From Syntrophorhabdaceae bacterium (GTDB taxonomy: Bacteria > Desulfobacterota > Syntrophorhabdia > Syntrophorhabdales > Syntrophorhabdaceae): DNA of 64,000 nucleotides. A program made the position numbers and the translations under genes. The notes beneath the pieces were generated by a model. It saw nothing but the letters and a program-made list of their open reading frames with translations. It ran no database searches and was not told where the DNA came from. Location: contig CAXXUO010000001.1 of assembly GCA_963666485.2 (NCBI GenBank), forward strand, positions 128,001 to 192,000, read 5' to 3'. Shown piece by piece: positions 29,827-40,230 of the stretch (position 1 is the stretch's first letter; every line of letters begins with the position of its first letter).

Positions 29827-31014
29827 GTGGCTCTTAAGAAGGTCGACATTCCCCTCGAAGTTGTGATCCTCCTTACCGGCGGTATTGCACTTTTGATAAC
29901 CGGGTCTGTCTTCTTTGCCGTCAGCCGGGGTGGACTGCCATATTATGAGAACGGTTTCTACGGCCTGTTCCTCGTCATCGTGGCGATGCAGACAATAATG
30001 CTGGGGAAAACCCCTTTTGGCGATATGCGCAAGTCACCGGGTCTGCTGATCGCCGGTGCAGCCGTTGCCGCCGTCGGTATACTCAGTTGTTTCATCCCCG
30101 TATTCAACCGGTTTCCCCGTCTGCTCCTCATCGTGTTGCTCGGCCCGGGGAGTCTCATACTTCTCGGGCGGATGTGCTTCTCCCCCGACAAATTCCGCGC
30201 CTGGATAAAATACGGGGGGACCTTCCGGCATCTTATCGTTTCATGCACCGCGGTTTATTGCCTTTCGATGCTGATCGCCCTCATCCTCGCCACGGGGAGC
30301 GCACCCGCGGCGCCTGCCGCAGCCACTGTCGTGATCATTGTCTATGGCATCGCGGGTTTGTATCTCGCCGGCGTACTTCGGACCATCTACCGGACGTTTC
30401 CGGATGCAGCCCGTGAACACGAGGAGAACGGGCTTTCCGCCGATCAGTCGATGATATTCCTCACGGGAATCTTCATGATCATCCTCGGGACAATGCTCAT
30501 CCCGGTCAACCTGGGACTTCTTCCTTTTTCCGGCAGCGCTCAGGTGGGCCTGCTCATGGTGATCTTCGCGGTCCAGATGCTTGCCACCGGCAGCACGCCC
30601 ATCGGCCCCTTTCCCCGCTCATGGCCCGTGATCGCGGCGGGGATGGTATTTGCGGCGCTGGGGGTTGTGTCCTGCATCGTTCCGGACATACTGCTCAAAC
30701 CTTTGACGCTCCTCGTGGGCGTGCTCAATATGCTGGGAGGGGCGATCTCGCTCATAAAGATGCTGAGCGAACGGTTGCGGCCGGCCGAAGGAATACAGGG
30801 CCCTCTCGCCCGGCTTCTGACAAAGCTTTTTGCAGTTCGGCTTGCATTGAACATACTGGGGATGATGTTCGGTGCATCAGTGCTTGTCCCGAATCTCATC
30901 CACGGCCTGATAATGGGCGTTATCCTTGCGGCAAACGGGGCTGTTCTCCTGTATTTGCTGCGGATACTTGTTCTTCTCGATAGAATGCAGGCCGTCCCGG
31001 AAGGAAATATATGA
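29827..31014 (+). CDS. Polytopic membrane protein with two-fold internal repeat
   Basis: About 12 hydrophobic segments; repeated Q..xG.TP.G....S..xIA.G motif; stop overlaps the next ATG. Confidence 0.75.
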   Translation: MALKKVDIPLEVVILLTGGIALLITGSVFFAVSRGGLPYYENGFYGLFLVIVAMQTIMLGKTPFGDMRKSPGLLIAGAAVAAVGILSCFIPVFNRFPRLLLIVLLGPGSLILLGRMCFSPDKFRAWIKYGGTFRHLIVSCTAVYCLSMLIALILATGSAPAAPAAATVVIIVYGIAGLYLAGVLRTIYRTFPDAAREHEENGLSADQSMIFLTGIFMIILGTMLIPVNLGLLPFSGSAQVGLLMVIFAVQMLATGSTPIGPFPRSWPVIAAGMVFAALGVVSCIVPDILLKPLTLLVGVLNMLGGAISLIKMLSERLRPAEGIQGPLARLLTKLFAVRLALNILGMMFGASVLVPNLIHGLIMGVILAANGAVLLYLLRILVLLDRMQAVPEGNI

Positions 31015-32972
31015 CGGAGGTAGCGAAAATGTTCCAGAAGCTCTTCAGCCCGGTGCGAATCGCAGGATTGGAGATCAAGAACCGCGTGGCTATGACGGCC
31101 ATGGGCGTGGGGCTCTCCGCGCCGGGCGGCGGGGTCAGTGACGATATCATAGCTTTCTACGAGGCACGGGCCCGGGGCGGGGTCGGGCTCATCATCAGCG
31201 AGATATGCCGGGTCCTGGACGGCGCGGGTGCAGGGGAACCCTGCCAGCTGGCCGCGAGAAATATCGGGGATATACAGGGGCTGGGAAGGCTCATGGACAC
31301 CGTGCACAAGTACGGTACCAAAATGTTCGTCCAGCTGCAGCACCCCGGCCGCCAGGGAAGCCCCATGGTCGGTGGGGAAGAACCCGTCTCCGCCTCGGCG
31401 GTGGTAAACCCCATCACGGGGGAGACGCCGCGGGCGCTCACGGTGCAGGAGATCGGGACGGTCCGGGATGCTTTCATAAGGGGGGCGCGCTTTGCGCAAA
31501 TGGCAGGCGCGGACGGCATCGAACTGCACGGGGCGCACGGCTACCTGATCAACAGCTTCCTCTCCCCCTATCTCAACAGGCGCGACGACCTTTACGGCGG
31601 CAGTCTCGAGAACCGTATGCGTTTTCTGCTCGAGATCCTCGCGGGCATCCGCGGGGCATGCGGCAGAGGCTTCCCGCTGGGCGTGCGGCTCTCAGCCGAG
31701 GAGTTCTTAGGTGACAGGGGGAACGACCTCGCCGCCACGTGCAGGATCGCGGAAGAGTTGGAGAAGGCCGGCGTCGACTTCCTCGACATCAGCTGCATGA
31801 TCCCCGACAGTCCCCGGTTCACCGCCTGCATAGAGCCGGGCACGATAGAACAGGGATGGAAGAAATACATGGCGGCAGAGATCAGGAAACACGTGAAGGT
31901 GCCCGTCATCGCTGTGGCGAACATCAAGGAGCCCGACGTCGCCGAGGCGATCCTCGAGGAAGGCTGCTGCGACCTCGCCGGTGTGGCGCGCGGGCATCTC
32001 GCCGATCCTGAATGGTGCAACAAGGCGAAAGCCGGCAAGACGGAGACCATCCGCAAGTGCATCGGCTGCCTCGTGTGCTTCGACGAGATCGAACACGTCC
32101 GGCACGTCAAGTGCTCCGTCAACCCGCTCTGCGGCCGCGAACGCGAGTTTGCCCACCCTGCCCGAAACGGGGCCGGACGCACGGTGGCCGTGGTAGGCGG
32201 CGGCCCCGCGGGAATCACGGCCGCCCTGGTCCTCAAGGAGCGCGGCTTTGAGCCCGTGATCTTCGACCCCTCGCCCCGGCTCGGCGGCACGCTGAATGTG
32301 GCCGACAAGGGCATCGACAAGATGAAGATCACGCGGTTTGTCGATTCCATGATAGCTGATGTTGAGGAAAGCGGCGTTGCTCTGCGCCTCGGCGAAGAGG
32401 CGACGGTGGAAAAGGTTGAAGCCTTGTCCCCGTGCGGGGTCTTCATAGCCTGCGGCGCTGAGCCGTTCATACCACCGGTCCCCGGCGTTGACGGGAAGAA
32501 TGTCGTTATCGCGGAGGATGTACTGCTTGGAAGGGCCGGGGTCACGGGCGACTGCGTGATCATCGGTTCGGGCATGACCGGCCTCGAAACGGCCGAGGTG
32601 GTGATGCAGGCCGGGCACAAGACGGCAGTCGTCGACATGCTGCCGGTTATCGGCGCGGGCGCGAACATTGTCGTCATCCTCGACGTGAAGGAGCGCATGG
32701 CGCCCTGCGACCCGGCCTACCTGCCGGGGCATAAACTGCTCAAGGTTACCTCGGAAGGTGTGGAACTCGAATGCGTGGATACCTGCCAACCTGTGTTCGT
32801 CGCGGCGGAAACGGTCATACTCGCTATGGGCATCAGGCCCCGAAAGCATGTCGTCGACCGCTTCAAGGCCGCCTTCCCTGATGTGCGTGTCATAGGCGAC
32901 GCGTCCCGCGGCGGGAGGATCCTCGACGCGACCCAGGATGCCTACGGGCAGGCGTCTGTATTCGAACCCTGA
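31011..32972 (+). CDS. NADH:flavin oxidoreductase (OYE domain + FAD/NAD domain; FadH/BaiH-like ene-reductase)
   Basis: ARARGGVGLII, QLQHPGR, ELHGAHGYLI, NRRDDLYGGSLENR, CIGCLVC..C, VVGGGPAG and IIGSGMTGLE motifs. Confidence 0.92.
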   Translation: MTEVAKMFQKLFSPVRIAGLEIKNRVAMTAMGVGLSAPGGGVSDDIIAFYEARARGGVGLIISEICRVLDGAGAGEPCQLAARNIGDIQGLGRLMDTVHKYGTKMFVQLQHPGRQGSPMVGGEEPVSASAVVNPITGETPRALTVQEIGTVRDAFIRGARFAQMAGADGIELHGAHGYLINSFLSPYLNRRDDLYGGSLENRMRFLLEILAGIRGACGRGFPLGVRLSAEEFLGDRGNDLAATCRIAEELEKAGVDFLDISCMIPDSPRFTACIEPGTIEQGWKKYMAAEIRKHVKVPVIAVANIKEPDVAEAILEEGCCDLAGVARGHLADPEWCNKAKAGKTETIRKCIGCLVCFDEIEHVRHVKCSVNPLCGREREFAHPARNGAGRTVAVVGGGPAGITAALVLKERGFEPVIFDPSPRLGGTLNVADKGIDKMKITRFVDSMIADVEESGVALRLGEEATVEKVEALSPCGVFIACGAEPFIPPVPGVDGKNVVIAEDVLLGRAGVTGDCVIIGSGMTGLETAEVVMQAGHKTAVVDMLPVIGAGANIVVILDVKERMAPCDPAYLPGHKLLKVTSEGVELECVDTCQPVFVAAETVILAMGIRPRKHVVDRFKAAFPDVRVIGDASRGGRILDATQDAYGQASVFEP

Positions 32973-33028
32973 CAGGGATAAACACAAGAACAGACGGTGC
33001 GGCACAAAAAAGAGGAGGATACCAACCC

Positions 33029-33898
33029 ATGAAGAACGGCAGTTATTTTATCCCGCGTGAGCAGATCAAGGCGTTCATGAACCCCGGTGCGATGAATAAC
33101 GAGGAGGGCCTCTATATTCTGTGGGAAACCGATCCCGAGGCTGCGCGGCGCGTATTGCCGCCCATGCTCGATCTCATCGATCCCGACCATGCCATCGCCA
33201 TGGTGTACGTTGTCAACATCCGCGAACCCACCTTCGCGCCGTGGTATATGGAGGGGGGCATCTGCCTGTTATGCCGGTATGGCGAGAAGGGGGGCGCCTA
33301 TTTCCTGAACCTTCAGCTCTCCGGCCCGGGTGCGCCGTCGGGCCTCACCAGCGGGCGGGAATTATCCGGCCTTCCCAAGAAGCTATGCGAGCGCATCGTC
33401 GTCGAGCGCAATGATAAGTGGGCCCACGCACTCATCGAGAGCAAGGGCCGGCGGATCTTCTCCGTCGAGGTTGAGATCGGGGCATATAACGACCCGGTCA
33501 TGGAATACATGTACCAGAACGCGGGGCCGGGCCGGCAGGACAGGGGCACGTGCATGCTGTTCCAGTATGACTCCGCGCAAGCTCCCGACGGCCAGATCGC
33601 CTTCCCCCGGGTCCGGCTCGTCAATTATGACAGCGTCACCGACTATCAATCGTGGGAGCCGGCTACCATTACATCCCTCGAGATGGAACCGTCCCTCGAC
33701 AACCCCTGGGCGGAGATGGCGGTGGTAAAGCCCCTGGGTGCGGCATACAGCGTCAATTCCAACTGGGTGGCAGGGGTCACGCCCCTGGCCGAATTCGAGG
33801 GCGATGAGGCAGACAACTTGATCTCATACCTCTTCTCGGGCCGGTGGGACCGTTCCACCCTCACCACGAGCCACACCCAGCGGTATGGACAATTTTAA
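33029..33898 (+). CDS. Acetoacetate decarboxylase family protein
   Basis: WETDPEAARRVLPP, YMEGG and GRELSGLPKKL (Schiff-base Lys region). Confidence 0.8.
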   Translation: MKNGSYFIPREQIKAFMNPGAMNNEEGLYILWETDPEAARRVLPPMLDLIDPDHAIAMVYVVNIREPTFAPWYMEGGICLLCRYGEKGGAYFLNLQLSGPGAPSGLTSGRELSGLPKKLCERIVVERNDKWAHALIESKGRRIFSVEVEIGAYNDPVMEYMYQNAGPGRQDRGTCMLFQYDSAQAPDGQIAFPRVRLVNYDSVTDYQSWEPATITSLEMEPSLDNPWAEMAVVKPLGAAYSVNSNWVAGVTPLAEFEGDEADNLISYLFSGRWDRSTLTTSHTQRYGQF

Positions 33899-33917
33899 CG
33901 TTCAAGGAGGATGAACA

Positions 33918-34829
33918 ATGAAAGTTGACGAAATACGCAAGGTCCTCGTCGTGGGCACCGGCACCATGGGGCAGAAGATCGCCCTGCAGTGCGCCCGCTT
34001 CGGCTACCAGGTGGTCGCTTACGACCCCGTCGCGGCATCACTTGAAAACGCAAAGGTAAAGATCCCCGCATTTGCCGCGGACCTTGTTGCCCGGCAAAAG
34101 ATGACGCCTGAGGCGTCCGAGGCCGCCCTGGCCCGGATCCGGTACACCGCCAGCCCCTTCGACGGCGCGGATGCGGACCTCGTGAGCGAGTCCGTCTTCG
34201 AGGATCCCGACGTCAAGGCGAAGGTCTTCTCCCAACTCAATGAGATCTGTGATCCCAGAACGGTCTTTACCACCAACACGTCCACGCTGCTGCCGTCCAT
34301 GTACGCCGAGGCCACGGGCCGGCCGGACCGGTTCGCCGCATTCCATTTTTACGGGGTGTTTGACCATCAACTGGTCGACGTCATGCCCCACCCCGGCACT
34401 TCCCCGGAAACAGTGGAACTCCTTACCGCCTTCGCAAAACGGATCAGGCAGGTGCCGCTCGTTTTCAAGAGAGAATTCCCGGGCTACGTGGCCAACGCCA
34501 TTTTCGGCGCGATGAACGACATGGCATTCAAGTTAGCTCTCAGGGAAAAAGTCGCGTCCATCGAGGATGTGGACCGGGCGGTCATGCTTCACCTCGGCAT
34601 GCCCGTCGGGCCGTTCGGGATCGATGACTATGTGGGGCTTGACACCATCTGGCACATAATGGAGAGCCAGGCCAAAATAACGGGTGACCCCGGCATCCGG
34701 CAATTCGCCGATGAATTCAAACGGGACTATATAGACAAGGGGTGGCTCGGTGTCAAATCGGGCCGCGGCTTTTACACATACCCCGACCCGGCATACAGCC
34801 GTCCGGACTTCCTGGGCGATCCCGATTGA
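33918..34829 (+). CDS. 3-hydroxyacyl-CoA dehydrogenase family protein
   Basis: VVGTGTMG, ESVFED, TTNTSTL, FHF, GPFGIDD and LGVKSGRGFY motifs. Confidence 0.9.
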   Translation: MKVDEIRKVLVVGTGTMGQKIALQCARFGYQVVAYDPVAASLENAKVKIPAFAADLVARQKMTPEASEAALARIRYTASPFDGADADLVSESVFEDPDVKAKVFSQLNEICDPRTVFTTNTSTLLPSMYAEATGRPDRFAAFHFYGVFDHQLVDVMPHPGTSPETVELLTAFAKRIRQVPLVFKREFPGYVANAIFGAMNDMAFKLALREKVASIEDVDRAVMLHLGMPVGPFGIDDYVGLDTIWHIMESQAKITGDPGIRQFADEFKRDYIDKGWLGVKSGRGFYTYPDPAYSRPDFLGDPD

Positions 34830-34897
34830 CGAAACTCACAAAGCTGCCCACGGGGGGTCGTGAAGTGTATAATACCTGGCCGTAAAAGGGGGTCTCC

Positions 34898-35701
34898 ATG
34901 AAAGAATACTATGAGAACAGGGTTGCCGCTGTCACCGGCGGGGCGTCGGGGATCGGCCTGGCGTTATGTGAGATGCTGCTGGCACTCGGTGCGAAGGCCG
35001 TCATCATGGCCGACCTGAACGCCGAAAAACTAAAGGTCGAAAGCGCGCGGCTCGATACGGCCTATCCCGGGAAAGTGCTGGGGATAGAAACGGATGTAGC
35101 GAACGAGGAGAGCGTTTCGGCGATGGTACGGAAAGCGGCCGATTTCGGGGACGGGCGTATGGACTTCCTCTTTAACAATGCAGGCTTGGCCTTGAACAAG
35201 GCCTTTGACGAAGCTACCAATGCCGATTGGAAATTTGCGCTCGATGTGAACTTCTTCGGGGCAGTGTACGGCATCCGGGCAGCGCTGCCGATCATGCGGG
35301 CCCAGGGGGGCGGGCACATAGCGAACACGGCATCCGGTATTGCCTACGCGCCCATGGCTTACCAGAGCATGTACAGCGCAACCAAGGCTGCATTGACAGC
35401 GCTGACCGGGTCCCTGCGCTACGAGTTCTGGGATGAGAATATACGCTTTTCAACCGTGATCCCCGGCACCGTGGCTACCCCCATATGGGGAAAAAGTGCC
35501 CCCGCCTCAGCGATCTCGCCCGAAGAATCCGCCCGCCTCATTCTCGAGGGGATCGCCAAGAACGAAAGGATCGTGATAACAACAGACGACGACCGCAAGG
35601 GGGCCATCTATGCGTTTCATCCCGAAGCGGCCGAAAGTATGGATAAATATCTTCTGGATGTTGCGCGAAGGAGACGAAAAGGAGAGGAGCACGCGATTTG
35701 A
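34898..35701 (+). CDS. Short-chain dehydrogenase/reductase
   Basis: TGGASGIG, NNAG and YSATK motifs. Confidence 0.92.
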   Translation: MKEYYENRVAAVTGGASGIGLALCEMLLALGAKAVIMADLNAEKLKVESARLDTAYPGKVLGIETDVANEESVSAMVRKAADFGDGRMDFLFNNAGLALNKAFDEATNADWKFALDVNFFGAVYGIRAALPIMRAQGGGHIANTASGIAYAPMAYQSMYSATKAALTALTGSLRYEFWDENIRFSTVIPGTVATPIWGKSAPASAISPEESARLILEGIAKNERIVITTDDDRKGAIYAFHPEAAESMDKYLLDVARRRRKGEEHAI

Positions 35702-36660
35702 AGCAGAAAACGTACAGGCACACTCTCCTGATCTTAACGTTCGTCTTGGCCGCTATGGCTTTCTGCTTCCTTTTTCCCGTCGTTCCTCCCGCCATTGCCC
35801 TCGAAGGGGGGAGCAGCCATTATTTCGGGAATGCCGAGGATTTCAGTGCCGGGAGCTGGCCGCCGCACGGCCTGTCCGTCAACTTCTCCGTTCTCAATTT
35901 CAATTACGACCGCCTCAAAGATTCGGACGGCAAGACAATGTCGATCCCAGGCGGGTTCCAGGTTGACGGCATCTCAACCTCAGTACGTGTCATGTACACA
36001 ACAAACATCAAGGTTTTTGGCACTACCCTGGGATGGTTCGTTACGCCGGCCCTCGTGTATCAGCATGTCCTGTCGGGCGGCAGGACACAGTCGAAAACGG
36101 AGATGGGCGATTTGAACTTTGGCGTGGTCCTCAAGCAGGACTTCACAAACTTTTCCCATGTTTTCGGGTCGGACATCTTCGCTCCGACAGGTTCCTACAG
36201 CAAGGATGACGTGAACAACATCGGGCTCAATTACTGGACGCTGGGCCCCACGTACGCCTTCACATACGTGGGGGGCAAGGATTCGCCCCTTCCCGGCCTC
36301 GAGATATCTGCGCGCCTGGCCTATTATTTTCACACGGAGAACCACGCGACCAACTACACGTCCGGGCAGGAGTTCTGGACCGATTACCTCGTGGGGATGC
36401 GCTTCGGGGAGAGGCAGCAGTACAGGGTGGGGGTCACCGGCACTTTTCTGTGGCAGACCACCGACGATTCGGTGCGGAACCCGGACCCGGGGTTTGACGG
36501 CCACAGGAGCCGACAGCTCACGGTCGGCCCCGCTCTCCAGTACTGCTTTTCCAATTGGGCCCAGATAACACTGAAGGCGACATGGGGCGTCTATGCCGTG
36601 AACCATGGTGAAGGGAACAACATACATATCAAATTCTGGTACCCGCTCATGCTGTTCTGA
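35698..36660 (+). CDS. SphA/COG4313 (Phenol_MetA_deg) family outer-membrane channel
   Basis: Signal peptide then EGGSSHY, MGDL, FAPTGSY..NIGLNYW and TNYTSGQEF motifs. Confidence 0.8.
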   Translation: MKQKTYRHTLLILTFVLAAMAFCFLFPVVPPAIALEGGSSHYFGNAEDFSAGSWPPHGLSVNFSVLNFNYDRLKDSDGKTMSIPGGFQVDGISTSVRVMYTTNIKVFGTTLGWFVTPALVYQHVLSGGRTQSKTEMGDLNFGVVLKQDFTNFSHVFGSDIFAPTGSYSKDDVNNIGLNYWTLGPTYAFTYVGGKDSPLPGLEISARLAYYFHTENHATNYTSGQEFWTDYLVGMRFGERQQYRVGVTGTFLWQTTDDSVRNPDPGFDGHRSRQLTVGPALQYCFSNWAQITLKATWGVYAVNHGEGNNIHIKFWYPLMLF

Positions 36661-36666
36661 GCGGTC

Positions 36667-37830
36667 TTATTTTATTTCCCGGAAACGGAACACCAGTGAA
36701 CTTGCCGCCATGGTCAGCGCACCGAGGATGACTATACCCAGCCTGAAGCTGTAAAGGTCACCCGATATGCCAAGGAGCCAGGGCACGACTCCTCCCCCCG
36801 TGAAAAAGCTCGCCGCCAGGATCATCCCCGTGGCAAGGCCCCTCATTTCCCTGGAGAACGTCCGCGCTATCCCCACGAGGCCCATCGGGAAGAAACCCGT
36901 TACGAAGAAGGCCTGGAAGAAAAGCAGGGCGCCCGTGTACCTGACCGGTGAAAGCCCCATCAGCACGGTAAAGATCCCCGTCACGAACAGCATAAAGAAC
37001 ATCATGCGTTTCAGGCTGAACCTGTCGACGAGGAAACCGCAGGCCACCGCCACGCCGATCGACACCAGTCTCGATATGCTCAGGATGGTGTTCGCATAAT
37101 CGATGCTCAGGCCCAGTTCTTTTGTCAGGTACAGCGGGGTGATCGCGTAAATGCCGAGGTTTGCGCCGGCGCCGAATATCCAGACAACGATCATGAACCA
37201 GAGGGACCGCATCCGGACAATGTCCCTGAAGGCGACCCGTGCCGGGTGAACGATCCTGACCTCCGTCGCCGTAAGAATGAAAACCACGAGGCATACGGCG
37301 AACAGCGACCCGTACACGACGAATATCCCCCGCCAGGGAAAGAATTGAAGGAGCCCCAACGCAACGAGCGGCGTGGCAAATATCGCCGTCGAGGCGCCTG
37401 TGTCGTGGATGGCAATGGCCTTGCCCCAGTTCTTTTCCGCGTAATATTCGGTTATCAGCGGCATAACGGATGGCACATACAGTCCGTGAGAAAAACCAAG
37501 TACCAGCGCAAAAACGTAGAGCAGGGAAAAGTTCCGGATGAAGGGCATAAGAAAATTCAAGACGCACAACGAGCCGAGGCCGATGACGATCGCCTTCTTA
37601 TATCCGATCCTTCCTGAAAAAAGCCCCGCGAGCAGAACGGACGCCCCGTACCCGGCAGACATAAAAGTAAATATCCCGCTCGCCCGGGCATGGTTCACCA
37701 TAAATTCGTCTTCCACGAGCGGGAGAATGGGCGAAAAAAGCACGCGTACCGAAAAATTGATAAACCAGATAAAAAGGAGGAAGAAGAGGAACAACAGTGC
37801 CCTCCCCTTAAATTCCTCAAATCGCGCCAT
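36667..37830 (-). CDS. MFS transporter
   Basis: About 12 TM segments; GLFSGRIGYK and GFLVDRFSLK motif-A copies. Confidence 0.9.
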   Translation of the reverse strand: MARFEEFKGRALLFLFFLLFIWFINFSVRVLFSPILPLVEDEFMVNHARASGIFTFMSAGYGASVLLAGLFSGRIGYKKAIVIGLGSLCVLNFLMPFIRNFSLLYVFALVLGFSHGLYVPSVMPLITEYYAEKNWGKAIAIHDTGASTAIFATPLVALGLLQFFPWRGIFVVYGSLFAVCLVVFILTATEVRIVHPARVAFRDIVRMRSLWFMIVVWIFGAGANLGIYAITPLYLTKELGLSIDYANTILSISRLVSIGVAVACGFLVDRFSLKRMMFFMLFVTGIFTVLMGLSPVRYTGALLFFQAFFVTGFFPMGLVGIARTFSREMRGLATGMILAASFFTGGGVVPWLLGISGDLYSFRLGIVILGALTMAASSLVFRFREIK

Positions 37831-37892
37831 GTCTTACTCTAACTTAAAGCCCCGGTATTCACCAGATTTTTCCACGATTAACTTTTCCCTTC

Positions 37893-37920
37893 GTGGAACA
37901 TGGAACGTGGAACGTGGAAC
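37893..37920. repeat. Heptamer tandem repeat (G/A)TGGAAC x4
   Basis: Reverse complement of the 2911 repeat type. Confidence 0.8.
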
Positions 37921-37927
37921 CGTTTTT

Positions 37928-38551
37928 TTACGAGATCCACCACCGGATCGTCAGGAAAGGAGACCCTTTTTCAGCGAACGAAAACAGTATATCCCCTTTG
38001 CCGGCAAGGGGGCCGGCTACGAATGCCTTGTAGCGCACGTAAACAAACTCGACAGGCCTGTTGGTCCCGTTATCGATGACCACAGCCTGTCCGGACTTCA
38101 AAAGTTCACCAACGAGATACAGTGCATCATCATCGAAGGGCATCTCGACGAGCGAGCAGTTGTGATCGTCCTTTATATTCATCAGGTTGTTGAGAAGTAT
38201 TTCCGCGCGGCGGGCATGAAGCATCGCCATATGTTCTTCGTCTGTCTTTGCTATCGCGGGCTTTGATATCTTCAAATATTCGAGTATATCCCGATGGATG
38301 AGGACCGTCGCCTGCTCCTGCATGACAGATACGCATTGAGCGCCTTCAGGAATGGCCTCGGTGGCGACCTTGAAAGATACATCGAGCGTCCTGCCGGGTT
38401 TGGGCTGTTCGAATGCGGGGGAGCGGAGCAAGGATCTTTCCCGTTGTTTTTCCTCCTGCTTTACCTCCGGTATGAGCTCCTGGCCTGAAGCGAATCCGGC
38501 CAACCCCCATACGGCCGCAGCGAGAACTATACCTGTAATAGCAATCTTCAT
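37928..38551 (-). CDS. Hypothetical exported protein
   Basis: Signal peptide MKIAITGIVLAAAVWGLAGFASG; 207-aa ORF filling the gap. Confidence 0.65.
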   Translation of the reverse strand: MKIAITGIVLAAAVWGLAGFASGQELIPEVKQEEKQRERSLLRSPAFEQPKPGRTLDVSFKVATEAIPEGAQCVSVMQEQATVLIHRDILEYLKISKPAIAKTDEEHMAMLHARRAEILLNNLMNIKDDHNCSLVEMPFDDDALYLVGELLKSGQAVVIDNGTNRPVEFVYVRYKAFVAGPLAGKGDILFSFAEKGSPFLTIRWWIS

Positions 38552-38673
38552 GACCGGTACCGTTCCTTTATATTTTCTTTATTACCTGACTATTGTCTTT
38601 TACTGCGGCGATATTTTCAACCCAAATTTCGGGACTATCCACGCAAACTACGTTCGAACAAACCAGTCCGTTG

Positions 38674-40029
38674 TTACACCTTGTCCAGCGCTTCCGTTAC
38701 CAGGTCGCAGAGCGACGGGAAGATATGCATGGGATCCAGGATCGATTGGTAGCTTTCCCTGCGGCTGAACACGTTCACAACCTCCTGTATGAGGATGGCT
38801 GCGTCCGGCCCGATTATATGGAAACCGAGTACACGGCCCGTATTTTTTTCGATCACCGCTTTCGCAAATCCCTCGGCCTTCCTTATATCCCCCTGGACCG
38901 TGTCAGTATACGACGCCTTGCCGACAACGATATCGCGGTCCTTCGCCGCCTGCGACTCGATAAGCCCGACCGATGCGATCTGGGGTTCCGTGAACACGGC
39001 GTGCGGTACGGCCCCGAAATCCATCGCGATCTTTTCGGTGTTGAATGCGTTGTGCCAGGCGACGTCGACCTCTTTGTCTGCGGCGTGCGTGAACATCCCT
39101 TTTCCCGTCGCATCTCCCAGGGCAAATATGCCTGCCTTGCCGGTCTGAAGGTAATCGTCGATCTCGATGAAGCCTTTCGAAGTCAGCTTCACACCCGTAC
39201 GCTCGGGTTTCAGCCGGTCGGCATTCGATATTCTGCCCGTCGCGATGAGGACCTTTTCCCCGCGAAGCGGCCTTTCCTCCCCCGACGCACGGTCCCTGGC
39301 AGTAAGGATAATATCATCGCCGTTTCTCTTTATCGAGGTCGCCTCGTGGCCCGTGTATATTGCCATTCTTTTTGCGAGGGACGCCCTGAGCAGCTCTGAA
39401 ATCTCCGGCTCCTCGAAGGAAACGAGGCTGTCGTTGAATTCGACCACGGTAACCCTGGTGCCCATAGCTGCAAAAAAATGGGCGTATTCAACCCCGATAT
39501 AACTTCCCCCGATGATAAGGAGGCTTTTCGGCAGCTGCGTGAGGTTGAGCACCGACTCATTAGTCAGGTAATCGATGTCGCTCAAGCCCCGGATAGGAGG
39601 GATCGCGGGCCGCGCCCCTGTTGCGATGAAGATCTTCCCGGCCCGGATCGTTTCGCTGCCGGCCATTATCGTGTGATCGTCCGTGAATTGGCCTTCTTCT
39701 TCATAATAATCCAGGCCCTCAGTCCCCTTGAGATCGTTCCGGATAGAATCCGCAGCGGCTCGTACCGCGTTCCGTGTATTTTCCATTATCCCGGGAAAAT
39801 CTATCGATTCGATCTTTGCACGTATGCCAAAGTTCTCCGCCTGTTCGATGGTCCTTACGACATCCGCGGCCCAGATCATGGTCTTCGAGGGAACGCAGCC
39901 AACGTTGATGCATGTCCCGCCGGGATAGTCTTTTGCAACCAGGGCGACCTTTACATTACCGGAAAGTGCGCGGTATGTGAGACTCAAGCCCGAACCGGAA
40001 CCAATGACGATGACATCATATTCTTTCAT
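38674..40029 (-). CDS. Pyridine nucleotide-disulfide oxidoreductase (dihydrolipoamide dehydrogenase / mycothione reductase-like)
   Basis: VIGSGSG, GGTCINVGCVPSK, IIGGSYIGVE and FALGD motifs; C-terminal HIFPSL. Confidence 0.9.
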   Translation of the reverse strand: MKEYDVIVIGSGSGLSLTYRALSGNVKVALVAKDYPGGTCINVGCVPSKTMIWAADVVRTIEQAENFGIRAKIESIDFPGIMENTRNAVRAAADSIRNDLKGTEGLDYYEEEGQFTDDHTIMAGSETIRAGKIFIATGARPAIPPIRGLSDIDYLTNESVLNLTQLPKSLLIIGGSYIGVEYAHFFAAMGTRVTVVEFNDSLVSFEEPEISELLRASLAKRMAIYTGHEATSIKRNGDDIILTARDRASGEERPLRGEKVLIATGRISNADRLKPERTGVKLTSKGFIEIDDYLQTGKAGIFALGDATGKGMFTHAADKEVDVAWHNAFNTEKIAMDFGAVPHAVFTEPQIASVGLIESQAAKDRDIVVGKASYTDTVQGDIRKAEGFAKAVIEKNTGRVLGFHIIGPDAAILIQEVVNVFSRRESYQSILDPMHIFPSLCDLVTEALDKV

Positions 40030-40230
40030 GGCGAAAAACCTCCCTGTTTTTTTGCGAGGCCCAAGCGAAGCCTTTATTCCATCCTAAGCATCGGATGTCA
40101 AGTTTCAAGGATTGCCGCGCAAGACAGCCCGCCCGAAGGCAGGTGATCACATTTCGCGTATTGTCTTTCACGGGCCTGCTGGCATACAATGATGGTGATC
40201 CAACATTATGCTTGAGAAACGGAGGGTCCC

